The translations under genes and the position numbers were made by a program. The notes under the pieces are model-generated. The model was not told the DNA's origin, ran no database searches, and worked only from the letters and a program-made list of their open reading frames with translations. Positions 28,346-37,662 of a stretch of 57,791 nucleotides of DNA are shown piece by piece (the stretch's first letter is position 1; every line of letters begins with the position of its first letter). Origin of the DNA: Patescibacteria group bacterium. Lineage in GTDB: Bacteria; Patescibacteriota; Microgenomatia; UBA1400; PJMF01. The stretch covers positions 1 to 57,791 of the forward strand of contig JAHJTF010000022.1 of the NCBI GenBank assembly GCA_018830045.1, written 5' to 3'.

Positions 28346-29219
28346 AGATTCTCATCCGCGAGCTTCTAGCTCCAGGATTATTTGAGATCTCTTCTGCTGT
28401 TGGTTTAATAACTTTTTTTGTTAACTGCTGACCTTTATTGACTTTTTCCCATTCTTTAAAATAGTTTTTAACAATGCGGTCATCTCCTTGGTGAAAAGCA
28501 ATTGTGATGATTTTGCCACCTGGTTTGAGAATTTTTATTGCTTGGGGGAGGGCTCTGTCGATGCTACTTAATTCATCATTGACCGCAATGCGTAAGGCTT
28601 GAAAAACCTTAGTCGCTGGATGAATGCGGCTAGGGCGATGAGTTTTGGTGTCTCTGACAAGCTTAACTAATTGGCCAACAGTGGTAATAAATTCACCAGC
28701 TCGGCGTTTTTTAATAATTGTGCGAGTAATTTTTTTAGCTTCTCGCTCTCCTCCAAAGACTTCTAAAATTTTCTGGAGCTGTTTTTCTCCCAGTACGGCC
28801 AAAAGATCTCTGGCTTTGACTCCTAAGCGATCATCAAGCCTCATATCTAGTTCTTGATCTTCTCCCTCAAAACTTATTCCTCTGTCTGTAGACAGGAGCT
28901 GCTCGCTGGTGGTGCCAAAGTCAAACAGAATTCCAGCAATGGATAAATCAAGCTCGCTGATAATTCTCTCTAACTGATCAAAGTTTTCTCTGATTAGAAT
29001 CAATGATTTGGCTTTGATTTCCAAAGCAAATGTATCCTGATTAGCTTCAATATTATTTTGGTCATAATCAAAGGCAACAACTTTGGCTCCACGATTTAAA
29101 ATTTCTCGAGAATGACCACCTTGACCAAAAGTTGCGTCGACATACCACTGATCTGGTTTAATATCTAAAGCCCGAATAGTCTCTATCAGCATGACTGGAA
29201 TATGTTTAATCTTGGTCAT
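28329..29219 (-). CDS. rsmH: 16S rRNA m4C1402 methyltransferase
   Basis: HIPVM, VDATFGQGGHS, RG.SF, LDMR, HPATKVFQALRIAVNDEL, N..ARSSRMR. Confidence 0.96.
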   Translation of the reverse strand: MTKIKHIPVMLIETIRALDIKPDQWYVDATFGQGGHSREILNRGAKVVAFDYDQNNIEANQDTFALEIKAKSLILIRENFDQLERIISELDLSIAGILFDFGTTSEQLLSTDRGISFEGEDQELDMRLDDRLGVKARDLLAVLGEKQLQKILEVFGGEREAKKITRTIIKKRRAGEFITTVGQLVKLVRDTKTHRPSRIHPATKVFQALRIAVNDELSSIDRALPQAIKILKPGGKIITIAFHQGDDRIVKNYFKEWEKVNKGQQLTKKVIKPTAEEISNNPGARSSRMRIFEKNK

Positions 29220-29631
29220 TTAGTCCTTCAGCAATTTTTTCTGCCTGGGCTTGGATTTTCTCTAAATAATGGTGATATTGATCTCTATCCCAAATCTCAA
29301 CTTTGGAGTAGCTACCCACAATCACCACTTGTTTTTTTAATTTGGCGAATTCCGTCAAGTATTCGGGCAGGGAAACTCGACCGTTATCGTCAGCTAGCAG
29401 TTCTTTTGCATCATTGGCCATGAGTCTGATGAAATCACGATGTGCTTTTTTTGTGAAAGTGCGTTGTGAAAGTTTTTTTAATTCCTCTTTAAAGTTCACA
29501 GCTCTAAATAAAAACAAACCGCCATCTAATCCTCTAGTAATGATCCAGTTTGTTTCTATTTTTCTAAAGTTTTTTGGTAAAGAAAGCCGTCTATTCTCTT
29601 CTAGGGTGTGATAGTATCGACCGATGAACAT
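29206..29631 (-). CDS. mraZ: Transcriptional regulator MraZ
   Basis: MFIG.Y.HTL...RLSLP..FR, ITRGLDG.L, D..GRV.LP.YL, VG....VEIW. Confidence 0.95.
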   Translation of the reverse strand: MFIGRYYHTLEENRRLSLPKNFRKIETNWIITRGLDGGLFLFRAVNFKEELKKLSQRTFTKKAHRDFIRLMANDAKELLADDNGRVSLPEYLTEFAKLKKQVVIVGSYSKVEIWDRDQYHHYLEKIQAQAEKIAEGLNDQD

Positions 29632-29652
29632 CTTGTAGATACTATAAGCTTA

Positions 29653-29767
29653 TTTACCAATTTTTACCATAATCAAAAGATACACCCAAGGAATCGTCAA
29701 GTAAACCCGGAACTAGTTTCGGGTGTTAGAGAAAAATTATGGTGATAATTGTGAGAAATATGGTAAA
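29653..29767. promoter_or_regulatory. Candidate operator region between mraZ and the divergent small ORF: 10-bp-phased TGGT repeats on both sides of a 20-bp near-palindrome
   Basis: TTTACCA at 29653 and 29663 (TGGTAAA on the minus strand); ACCCGGAACTAGTTTCGGGT at 29705-29724; TGGTGAT, TGTGAGA and TGGTAAA at 29740, 29750 and 29761. Confidence 0.5.
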
Positions 29768-29813
29768 ATAGAATGATCTGGATAATAGTAGTAATTTTTT
29801 TAAAGGAGTCAAC

Positions 29814-30047
29814 ATGAGAGAAGGCAGAATTCGCGAATTAGCGCAAGAGTATGGTTGCGGTTCAATAGATGATCTTGAAACTCAAAAATTTATGATTATT
29901 GAATTTTTTAATGAATGTTTAAGAAGGTATAAAGTTTTTATTGAAGATTTTGATGATGTTAAAGCTGCAATAGAAGCATTGGGTGGCACATGTTGTTTTC
30001 ATAGTAAAGATTTATATAAAAATAACAGAACACAAACTGATTTTTGA
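29814..30047 (+). CDS. 77-aa hypothetical protein
   Basis: Strong SD (AAAGGAG) before the ATG; fills the gap between two minus-strand genes; no family recognised. Confidence 0.65.
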   Translation: MREGRIRELAQEYGCGSIDDLETQKFMIIEFFNECLRRYKVFIEDFDDVKAAIEALGGTCCFHSKDLYKNNRTQTDF

Positions 30048-30072
30048 AATGAGACTAGGCTTGAGTTGAGCT

Positions 30073-30858
30073 TTACTTTACCAGCACATACAGCTCCATC
30101 AACTTTACTTCTGCAGAAGCCATTTTGGCAGAGGTGGTTGTGTCAAATTCATGCCACTGTTGACCATCAAAGCCCATGATTATAAACTCGCCTTCTTCTT
30201 GCGCTCGGATGGTGAGATTGGCAGTCCCAGAAAGTTTGCTAGAACCGGTTAGGGAGTAAATCTCAGACACAGGTTCCCGTTTTAGACCATCTGGATAGCC
30301 AGCAGTATTAAAGATCACTAGATAGCGTTGCTTTTTAAGATCTTTGGAATCGATCTGAAACTTGGCATCTTGAGAGCTGAAAGTAGTTTCACTACCAGCA
30401 TTATCAATGTATTTCCAACGGGATTTGAGAGCATACGGCTCTGGCCCATCAAAGCGAGTCAAAAGTGATCCACCCTGAACATCTTCATGAAAAGAACAGG
30501 CACCGCCCGCGCTACAACTACCCAAAAGTATTTTCTCTACAGCAGGAAGACTATTTAATTCAATTTTTCCAAAAGCGCCCTGCAATAAAGAGCCAGCTTG
30601 ATATTCTAATTCATATTGCACGCTAGTCGCGTCTTTTTTGATTTCATTTACGATTAAGCTCAGATTGTGTCCATCTGCATTGGGGGTGATCTGAATATAG
30701 GGTCGCTCACTTACAGCAATCACATTAGTTGGTTCTTCAATGCGTTTTTTTTGAGTGATTTCTGGGATTGTATTTGATTTAGATTTAGATTTGAAAACAA
30801 TAAAAATGCCCCCGCCTATGATCAAAATTGCAAGCATAAGAGGAATGAGTTTTTTCAT
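30073..30858 (-). CDS. Membrane-anchored hypothetical protein
   Basis: N-terminal TM/signal, YELEYQ...GAFG, LLGSCSAGGAC (probable disulfide); extracellular beta-rich domain. Confidence 0.7.
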   Translation of the reverse strand: MKKLIPLMLAILIIGGGIFIVFKSKSKSNTIPEITQKKRIEEPTNVIAVSERPYIQITPNADGHNLSLIVNEIKKDATSVQYELEYQAGSLLQGAFGKIELNSLPAVEKILLGSCSAGGACSFHEDVQGGSLLTRFDGPEPYALKSRWKYIDNAGSETTFSSQDAKFQIDSKDLKKQRYLVIFNTAGYPDGLKREPVSEIYSLTGSSKLSGTANLTIRAQEEGEFIIMGFDGQQWHEFDTTTSAKMASAEVKLMELYVLVK

Positions 30859-30873
30859 AAGGGAATGTTTTGG

Positions 30874-32277
30874 TTATTCTATCTTATTTTTTAGATAGTC
30901 AGCAAGCTCGGTTAGGGGTAGGCGGATTTGTTGTGTGGTGTCTCTGTCTCTGGCGGTAACCGTGTTATCTTCTAGAGTTTCATAATCAATAGTAATACAA
31001 CAGGGCGTGCCAATTTCATCTTGGTAAAGATAACGCTTGCCAATACTACTGCGGTCATCCCAGGCAACATGATATTTTTGGCTCAGGTCATCAAAAATTT
31101 CTTTGGCTTTAGCAACGAGTTCTGGTTTATTTTTTGCTAAAGGGAAAACTGCGGCTTTATAAGGGGCGAGGTTGGATTTGAGTTTTAAAACTATGCGCTT
31201 ATTTTCTTTATCATCCCAGTAAGCATCACAAAGAGTCATGAGAAAGAAGCGAGCTAATCCTACGGCCGGCTCGATGACGTGAGGGATAAATTTTCTTTGG
31301 GTATGGGGGTCAGTGTACTCCATATTTTGGCCGGAAAACTTCTGGTGTTGTTTGAGATCAAAATCAGTGCGGTAGGCAATCCCCCAGAGTTCTTTATAAC
31401 CAAAGGGAAAATTAAAATCTAGATCCCAAGTATCAAGGCTATAGTGAGAGCGCTCTTTATCAGTATGTTGCCGCCATTTGAGATTTTTATCATTAATTCC
31501 CAAAATTTCTGTAGCAAACTTCCACATTTGATCCTTCCACTTTGTCATGAGTTGTTGCCAATCCTCTTTTTGAGGATCAAAGAAATACTCAATCTCAGCC
31601 AGTTCAAACTCTAGGGTGCGAAAAACAAACTGTCCGGTAGTGACTTCATTACGAAAACTAGTCCCAATATTGCCTACTCCAAAAGGCAACTGGATTCTGG
31701 TTGAATCTAAGACATTTTTAAAGTTAGTAAAGATTCCCTGGGCAGTTTCTCCTCGAAGATAAACTGTAGATTTTTCTCCCGTCACTGAGCCAATCTGGGT
31801 TTGAAAAAGTAAGCTAAATCGCTTGGGTTTTGAGAGTTGATTGCCGTCTGGGCTAGAAATCTGATATTTTTTTATCAAAGCCGTCATTTCATCTAAATCC
31901 ATATCTTCCACCACCAGCATTTCTAGATTGAGGTCTTTAGCTTTTTTAGATAGCCAGTTTTCAATAATATGATCCACGCGAAAGCGCTTATGAGTTACTA
32001 AATCTTCTACTAATGGGTCGTGAAAAGCTTCTACATGACCAGAGGCCACCCAGGTTTGTGGGTGCAGGAGAATTTGAGATTGGAGTCCAACCATGTCTGG
32101 CCGGCGAGTGATGAAGTATTGCCACCAAGCATCACGGATATTTTTTAGGAGTTCAATTCCCACTGGGCCGTAATCATAGGAGTTTGCTAAACCACCATAA
32201 ATATCAGAGGTGGGATAAACGAAACCCCGGCGTTTAGCCAAAGCTACAATTTGTTCAAGAGTAGGTTGGGTTGACAT
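30874..32277 (-). CDS. glyQS: Glycine--tRNA ligase, homodimeric (alpha2) type
   Basis: LAKRRGFV..S.IYGG, YDYGP.G, ASGHV..F.DP, YLRGETAQGIF, FRNE, ELWGIA.RTDFDL, PHVIEP, IGKRY..QDEIGTP. Confidence 0.97.
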   Translation of the reverse strand: MSTQPTLEQIVALAKRRGFVYPTSDIYGGLANSYDYGPVGIELLKNIRDAWWQYFITRRPDMVGLQSQILLHPQTWVASGHVEAFHDPLVEDLVTHKRFRVDHIIENWLSKKAKDLNLEMLVVEDMDLDEMTALIKKYQISSPDGNQLSKPKRFSLLFQTQIGSVTGEKSTVYLRGETAQGIFTNFKNVLDSTRIQLPFGVGNIGTSFRNEVTTGQFVFRTLEFELAEIEYFFDPQKEDWQQLMTKWKDQMWKFATEILGINDKNLKWRQHTDKERSHYSLDTWDLDFNFPFGYKELWGIAYRTDFDLKQHQKFSGQNMEYTDPHTQRKFIPHVIEPAVGLARFFLMTLCDAYWDDKENKRIVLKLKSNLAPYKAAVFPLAKNKPELVAKAKEIFDDLSQKYHVAWDDRSSIGKRYLYQDEIGTPCCITIDYETLEDNTVTARDRDTTQQIRLPLTELADYLKNKIE

Positions 32278-32289
32278 TTTTTCAGTATA

Positions 32290-32844
32290 TCATTGATCTG
32301 GTAGCGTGAGATACTCAAAACTTCTCATGGGTTTATCCGCTAACGCAGAGACATAGTCTAGTACACAGTTAAATTCAGTGTCCTTGAGATGAGGATATCC
32401 TAATCTTCCGATTAAATTTTCTAAACTAATTTTAATCTGTCTATTGGTAATTTTTTGGCTAACGATATTTTTTCGCAAATTTAAAATTTCTTGGTATAGC
32501 TTAGCTTCGATTTCTTCTTCTACAAAAAGTTTTTCTAGGATTTCTAGAAATTGAGTGAGTTTTCTAATCTCCGCCAAGTTATTTCTAATTTGGTTCGAAT
32601 CATCGAGTAATTTAGTTTGAATTAGCAGAGGTAAAGACTTAGTTTTAATAAAATAAGCCTGAATATAATTACCAGGCTCTAACGAAGCTCTTTTAGTAGA
32701 AGAAAGTTTGCGAACGCCCTTAGCTATGGCTACTAGTCGGCCATATTCTTGGGTAAGTAGAGTCACTATGCGGTCAGTTTCACCTACGCTACTTCTTTTA
32801 AGGACTATTGCCCGAGAATGAAAGTTTCTAGAACGGTGTTTCAT
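32290..32844 (-). CDS. recO: DNA repair protein RecO (short form)
   Basis: AIVLKR...GETDRIVTLLT...G.L.AIAKGVRK..S. Confidence 0.88.
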   Translation of the reverse strand: MKHRSRNFHSRAIVLKRSSVGETDRIVTLLTQEYGRLVAIAKGVRKLSSTKRASLEPGNYIQAYFIKTKSLPLLIQTKLLDDSNQIRNNLAEIRKLTQFLEILEKLFVEEEIEAKLYQEILNLRKNIVSQKITNRQIKISLENLIGRLGYPHLKDTEFNCVLDYVSALADKPMRSFEYLTLPDQ

Positions 32845-34741
32845 AAATGGTGTCTTTATTCACCATGATCTTTTCTTGACCCCCAGTCACATCCATCATG
32901 GTTTCTATAGGGTCAATTCCACCTTGCTTCCAGAGTTTAACCCGATAAGTTTGAGCGTCTGAGTACGGGATTGTATAGGTTAGCCTGAGCTTAGCCTGTC
33001 CGAGAGGCTCAAGAATAAAGAAGCCATCAATGACAGTAAACCCATTTTCCTCATATGACCTAGCTTCCTCTGTAAAGCCCCGAGCCTCAATTAGCTCACT
33101 CCCAGCTGGCAGATAAAGCCGTGTCCAATCTTTCAGAGTGGAGTTTAAACAGAGCTTCCCTGCTTCGAGATTACAGTTGTCAGCTTTTTTAGTATTTCTA
33201 TAAGTAATCTCAACTGTTTTGGTTAATTTTCCATTCAAAGGAGCATCAATTTTTTGTTCAACCTGATAGTTGGTAAAAAGGTTAGATTTTGCTCCGCCTA
33301 AGTTAGCATTGATGATAGCTAAAAAATCAGTATTTTCGTTTGCAAGCATCCGTCCAGCTGCATTAATCGATTCTGCCGCTTGCTGATTTTTTTCATCCAT
33401 AAAATAGAGTTGAGTGTGTCTTTGTTCAATGCTTTTAATAGCAATCTCAAAAAGCCCAGGCCATTGCTGTTTAGGAGCTCCATAAGATTTAGTTAAAATT
33501 GCTCTCATCATTGGACCTAAAATTCCCTTGCGATCGTCACGGAGATATGGTGTTGGTTTAGTAATTATTTCAGATAAAACATAAACTACCTGCGGACAGT
33601 CGCATCTAGGATCATTTTGGGCGCTGAAAGTTCCAAACCCTGGGATTTCAACTGGACCCAAAACTTCTAATAATTTAGTCAAAACTTCTGTATCAACCGC
33701 AATGACACCATTGATATCTTTAGGCTCTCCCCTGATTTCTAAGTAGTGTTTCAAGAATTGATCCATAGAAATTTTAAAATCAGGGGAGATATTCATGTCG
33801 CGTAGGTTCCAGTATTTTTCTGTAGTCAGGTATCTGCCCAATTCTTTTGGGATGGGGATTCGTTTATTAAATTTTTTATCTAGTTCGTAAATATCGTCGG
33901 ATTTCTCGGGAGTAACCCTGCCATCTTCAATAAAAATAGTTGCATATGCAGTCATAAAGCCGCCTGTTGGGCGAAGTTCATTGTCATTCTGGAATAAAAT
34001 TAAGTATTTTTTGCGTTCTTCTTTTGCTCCCATAATATTTGGCAATTGTTCTAAAATTGGTCGGTATTGTGTTATGGAGGCGCTAGCTGTGTAACTATAT
34101 TCTTGGACGCTAGTTACAAAGGATCTTATGTTTTGACCTTTAATTTTTTCTGGATAACGCTTGGGATCGATTTGGGATAGCTCATTTTTGGTTATTTCCA
34201 GTTCAGACGTGATCTCATCCAAAATGGGCGAGATTTTGTCTAAAGTTTGTAAAATTATTTTGAGTCTATCTTCTGCTGTACCACCAGTGAATGTGGCTTC
34301 ACCAGCAAAACCCAATACGTCTGCATAGGGGGCAATGGCTTCAACTGATTTTTGGCCAGCTCGAAGTGCCGCCTCGATCGCAGTAAAAACATGCAAACCA
34401 TCTTGATAGTACTTTCTAAGTATGGGGATGTAGTTATAAATAGCTAGTTGTTGATAAGTTTGCCGCAACTCTTCCTCTTGGCTTTGAAGCTTTTTTAGTT
34501 CTGCTTCTGTTGCGGGAAGATTTTGATTTTTAAAATTAGTGTAAACAGCCTCAGCCGTAGTTTTAGCCTCAAGTGCTTGGGCTTTAAACATATTAATGAC
34601 TTTAAATGTATACAGACCTAAAACTGAGAAAACAATGATTATGATAGCTAAAATTCCACCCGCAACAACCAAAGCCATATGTTGTTTAATGAAGTTTTCT
34701 TTGGAAGTTGTATCTAGATTAGCAGAGAGATTTTCAGACAT
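32828..34741 (-). CDS. DUF4012-domain membrane-anchored protein
   Basis: YLILFQN.NELRPTGGF, LRD.N.SPDF, GVIAVD, L..LGP, N.N.GGAKS, YLP.GS.L, KQ.G. Confidence 0.85.
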   Translation of the reverse strand: MSENLSANLDTTSKENFIKQHMALVVAGGILAIIIIVFSVLGLYTFKVINMFKAQALEAKTTAEAVYTNFKNQNLPATEAELKKLQSQEEELRQTYQQLAIYNYIPILRKYYQDGLHVFTAIEAALRAGQKSVEAIAPYADVLGFAGEATFTGGTAEDRLKIILQTLDKISPILDEITSELEITKNELSQIDPKRYPEKIKGQNIRSFVTSVQEYSYTASASITQYRPILEQLPNIMGAKEERKKYLILFQNDNELRPTGGFMTAYATIFIEDGRVTPEKSDDIYELDKKFNKRIPIPKELGRYLTTEKYWNLRDMNISPDFKISMDQFLKHYLEIRGEPKDINGVIAVDTEVLTKLLEVLGPVEIPGFGTFSAQNDPRCDCPQVVYVLSEIITKPTPYLRDDRKGILGPMMRAILTKSYGAPKQQWPGLFEIAIKSIEQRHTQLYFMDEKNQQAAESINAAGRMLANENTDFLAIINANLGGAKSNLFTNYQVEQKIDAPLNGKLTKTVEITYRNTKKADNCNLEAGKLCLNSTLKDWTRLYLPAGSELIEARGFTEEARSYEENGFTVIDGFFILEPLGQAKLRLTYTIPYSDAQTYRVKLWKQGGIDPIETMMDVTGGQEKIMVNKDTIYETPF

Positions 34742-34757
34742 AGAAAAAGTATAACAG

Positions 34758-35381
34758 CTACCATTTGGAAATCATAGCTTGGGGGGTCTTGAGGAGAATG
34801 ATAATATCAGCCCAAATGGTTTTTTTATGAGCATAGAGCGCATCCATCTTAGCTCGGACTCGAAATGAGACCTCATTTCTACCTCCAGTTTGCCAGGGAC
34901 CAGTAATACCAGGTTTAACAGAAAGAATGTAGTCAACGTATTTTTTAGTTTCAGGATATTTTTTAGTTTGTTCTTGAAGCTCTTTTTTTACATAGGCTCT
35001 GGGTCCAACCATGCTCATTTCACCTCTTAGTACATTGAGAAGTTGAGGGAATTCATCTATGGTTAAAGAGCGGAGTACCTTTCCTAAAGCAGTAATACGA
35101 GGGTCATTTTGCAGCTTCCAGTCATTATCTTTGAATTTTTTTAGAAGCTTGTAATTTTTATTATGAAGCAAATCATCAGCTCCCTGAATCATAGAGCGAA
35201 ATTTCAATAAATTAAATTCTTTCCCATTTTTACCTACTCGTTTATGCGAAAAAAAAATAGGCAGACCTGAATCAGCCAGAATCATCAAAGGAACTAAAAC
35301 CCAAATAGGAAAAAATAAGACAAATAGAGAGATCGCTAAAACTATATCTAGCAATCGTTTTTGAGTTTCGAAAGATAGCAT
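34758..35381 (-). CDS. Priming sugar-1-phosphate transferase (Bac_transf, small phosphoglycosyl transferase)
   Basis: KRLLDI, RVGKNGK.F..LKFRSM, DPRIT.LG..LR...DEFPQL.NVL.GEMS.VGPR, KPGITG.WQ..GR. Confidence 0.93.
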   Translation of the reverse strand: MLSFETQKRLLDIVLAISLFVLFFPIWVLVPLMILADSGLPIFFSHKRVGKNGKEFNLLKFRSMIQGADDLLHNKNYKLLKKFKDNDWKLQNDPRITALGKVLRSLTIDEFPQLLNVLRGEMSMVGPRAYVKKELQEQTKKYPETKKYVDYILSVKPGITGPWQTGGRNEVSFRVRAKMDALYAHKKTIWADIIILLKTPQAMISKW

Positions 35382-35387
35382 AAAAAC

Positions 35388-36491
35388 TTATAGATATTCT
35401 TCTCTACCCTCTTGTTCTAGACGATCAACTAGTTTTCTAACCTCTTGCGATCGGTTCTTGGGAGCAATCATCAAGATTTCATCAGTGTCAATAATTACTA
35501 AATCATCCACCCCAATTATGGCGATCAGACGACCATTGGTGTGCATTAAGTTATTGTGAGCTTCTATAGAAAGAGCTAGGGCTTTTTCACTTTCGCTGAT
35601 CACTACATTTCCTGACAAATCTTTGGTGCCTAAGTCATAAACTACCCTCCAGTTTCCCACATCATTCCACCCAAAGTCTCCGGGGATTAACACTAAGTTA
35701 TCTGCTTTCTCAGAAATAGCATAGTCAATGGAAATGTTTTCTGCTTGTTTGTATATTTCAGGCAAAGCTTTATGAAATTTTTGAGCAGATTTTTGCGATA
35801 ACTCGCGAGTTAAAGTATACATTTTAGGCATATGCTTTTCAAAAGCAGCGCAGATGCTTTTAGCTGACCAAACATACATATTAGCATTCCAAAAATATTT
35901 GCCAGTAGAAATAAAAGCTCCGGCCGTGGCCTTGTTTGGTTTCTCAGTGAAGCTGTCCACCTTAAATAAAGATAAACCCTGATTTAGTTTTTGTATGTGT
36001 TCTCCGATTTTAATGTACCCAAATCCAGTTGAGGGGGTGGTGGGGATGATCCCTACAGTAACTAAGTGTTCATTTTCTGCTGCAGTTTTGATAGCGGCCT
36101 TCATGACGCGGACATACTCTTTCTCATTGGTTAAGGTGTGGTCAGAAGCAACATTAACAATTACTGCGTCAGGATCTAAACTTTTGGCGTATAAACTACC
36201 GACTAGCATAGCTAAGGCAGTATCTCTTCTCTTGGGCTCAGCGATGATATTTAAAGCTGGAACATCTGGAAGTTGCTCTTTGACTTCTTGTTCGTAAAGT
36301 TTGTTGGTGACGACAATGACGCGATTCCAGGGAATTATTTTAGTAATTCGATTACTAGCCTCTTGTATCATGGTTTTATCTGCCACAAGTTTAAGAAACT
36401 GTTTAGGATTTTTGTTTCTAGATTTTGGCCAGAGACGTGTGCCGCCTCCACCCGCTAAGACAACCGCATAACTATGATCAAGAGCGCTCAT
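35388..36491 (-). CDS. manC: Mannose-1-phosphate guanylyltransferase (no PMI domain)
   Basis: VLAGGGGTRLWPKSR...PKQFL, EP..RDTA.A, FTEKP, WNAN, SIDYAI.EK, WNDVG.W. Confidence 0.93.
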   Translation of the reverse strand: MSALDHSYAVVLAGGGGTRLWPKSRNKNPKQFLKLVADKTMIQEASNRITKIIPWNRVIVVTNKLYEQEVKEQLPDVPALNIIAEPKRRDTALAMLVGSLYAKSLDPDAVIVNVASDHTLTNEKEYVRVMKAAIKTAAENEHLVTVGIIPTTPSTGFGYIKIGEHIQKLNQGLSLFKVDSFTEKPNKATAGAFISTGKYFWNANMYVWSAKSICAAFEKHMPKMYTLTRELSQKSAQKFHKALPEIYKQAENISIDYAISEKADNLVLIPGDFGWNDVGNWRVVYDLGTKDLSGNVVISESEKALALSIEAHNNLMHTNGRLIAIIGVDDLVIIDTDEILMIAPKNRSQEVRKLVDRLEQEGREEYL

Positions 36492-37630
36492 GAGCGTCCT
36501 TTCTGCTGTTTATAAATTTTAAAAACGGTTGTTTGGAACCGTCTGGTAAAGTCATTTATAGCATATTTTCTCAATTTTATCTTGAGGGGAGCAAACTCTA
36601 ACCTGGAGCTTTCTAATTTTTTGATGGTTTTGACTAGTGAATTGACTGATAAATTGGTTAAATAAAGACCAACTCGATGGTTTTGGAATAACTCACTTGC
36701 CCCGGATTTTTCATGTAAAATAACCGGTATATCAGACAAAACTGCCTCAATCGCAGTGATGCCAAAATCTTCAATCCCGGGCATGAGTAGGGCTTTAGTT
36801 TGGGACATAATCGCTTGGCGCACAAGATTGGTAACATTGCCTATGAAATATGTATGGTGATTAGCAAGTTTTTTTAGCTCTGTTTTTTGAGGTCCTTCAC
36901 CAATAATCACTAAATTTTTATTTAAGATCTGACAAGCTTGAATGGCCAGGTCTACTCTTTTATAAGGTACCAGGCGGGAAATAATTAAATAATATTCGTT
37001 AGGTAGATTGGCAGGGCGATATTTTTCTAAATCCTTTTTGGTTTTTTGTTCATTAAGATCTACTGGGGGATAAATAACATCAGAGACAGCTCGTTGATAG
37101 TATTTTTCGATTCTTTTTTTAACTAGGCCAGAAATTGGAATAATCACGTCTGGACGTTGGGCTGCAACCTGATCCCACCAGGTAAGATAATCGAAAAGCT
37201 TGCGGCTAAAAAAATTCAGGAGGGGGATTTTAAAAGGCCAATGAGTTTGTTCGTAATGAGCCCGATGACTATAAAGATAGCGGGTGGGGGTGAGCATGTA
37301 ACAAACGTGAAGTTGATTGGGTCTTGTGATTATTCCTTTAGCCTCAGCACTAGTAACAGAAATGATAATGTCATACATAGAGAGATCTAGTGATTCAAAT
37401 GCCAAAGGCATTAGAGGGACGAAAAAACGATGAAGTTGATTAGCAAAGGGAACTTTTTGTAAGAAAGAGGTTTTGATCTTAAATATTTTGGCCCACACAG
37501 CACGTGGATGAAAGACAGCAGTAAAAAGCGGAGCCTGTGGAAAAGCTTGATGAAGGGCTAATAAAACTTTTTCTGCTCCACCATAGGGCGTGTTAACTCG
37601 ATCATAAACTAAAGCAATTCTGGGACTCAT
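36488..37630 (-). CDS. Glycosyltransferase family 4 (WbaZ-like mannosyltransferase)
   Basis: GGAEKVL, PLAFESLDL, CY.LTP.RYL, VIYPPV, SRLVPYKRVDL, EDFGI..IEA. Confidence 0.9.
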   Translation of the reverse strand: MSPRIALVYDRVNTPYGGAEKVLLALHQAFPQAPLFTAVFHPRAVWAKIFKIKTSFLQKVPFANQLHRFFVPLMPLAFESLDLSMYDIIISVTSAEAKGIITRPNQLHVCYMLTPTRYLYSHRAHYEQTHWPFKIPLLNFFSRKLFDYLTWWDQVAAQRPDVIIPISGLVKKRIEKYYQRAVSDVIYPPVDLNEQKTKKDLEKYRPANLPNEYYLIISRLVPYKRVDLAIQACQILNKNLVIIGEGPQKTELKKLANHHTYFIGNVTNLVRQAIMSQTKALLMPGIEDFGITAIEAVLSDIPVILHEKSGASELFQNHRVGLYLTNLSVNSLVKTIKKLESSRLEFAPLKIKLRKYAINDFTRRFQTTVFKIYKQQKGRS

Positions 37631-37662
37631 TAGTTCAATTGTAAAAGATTAATGATAATTAG

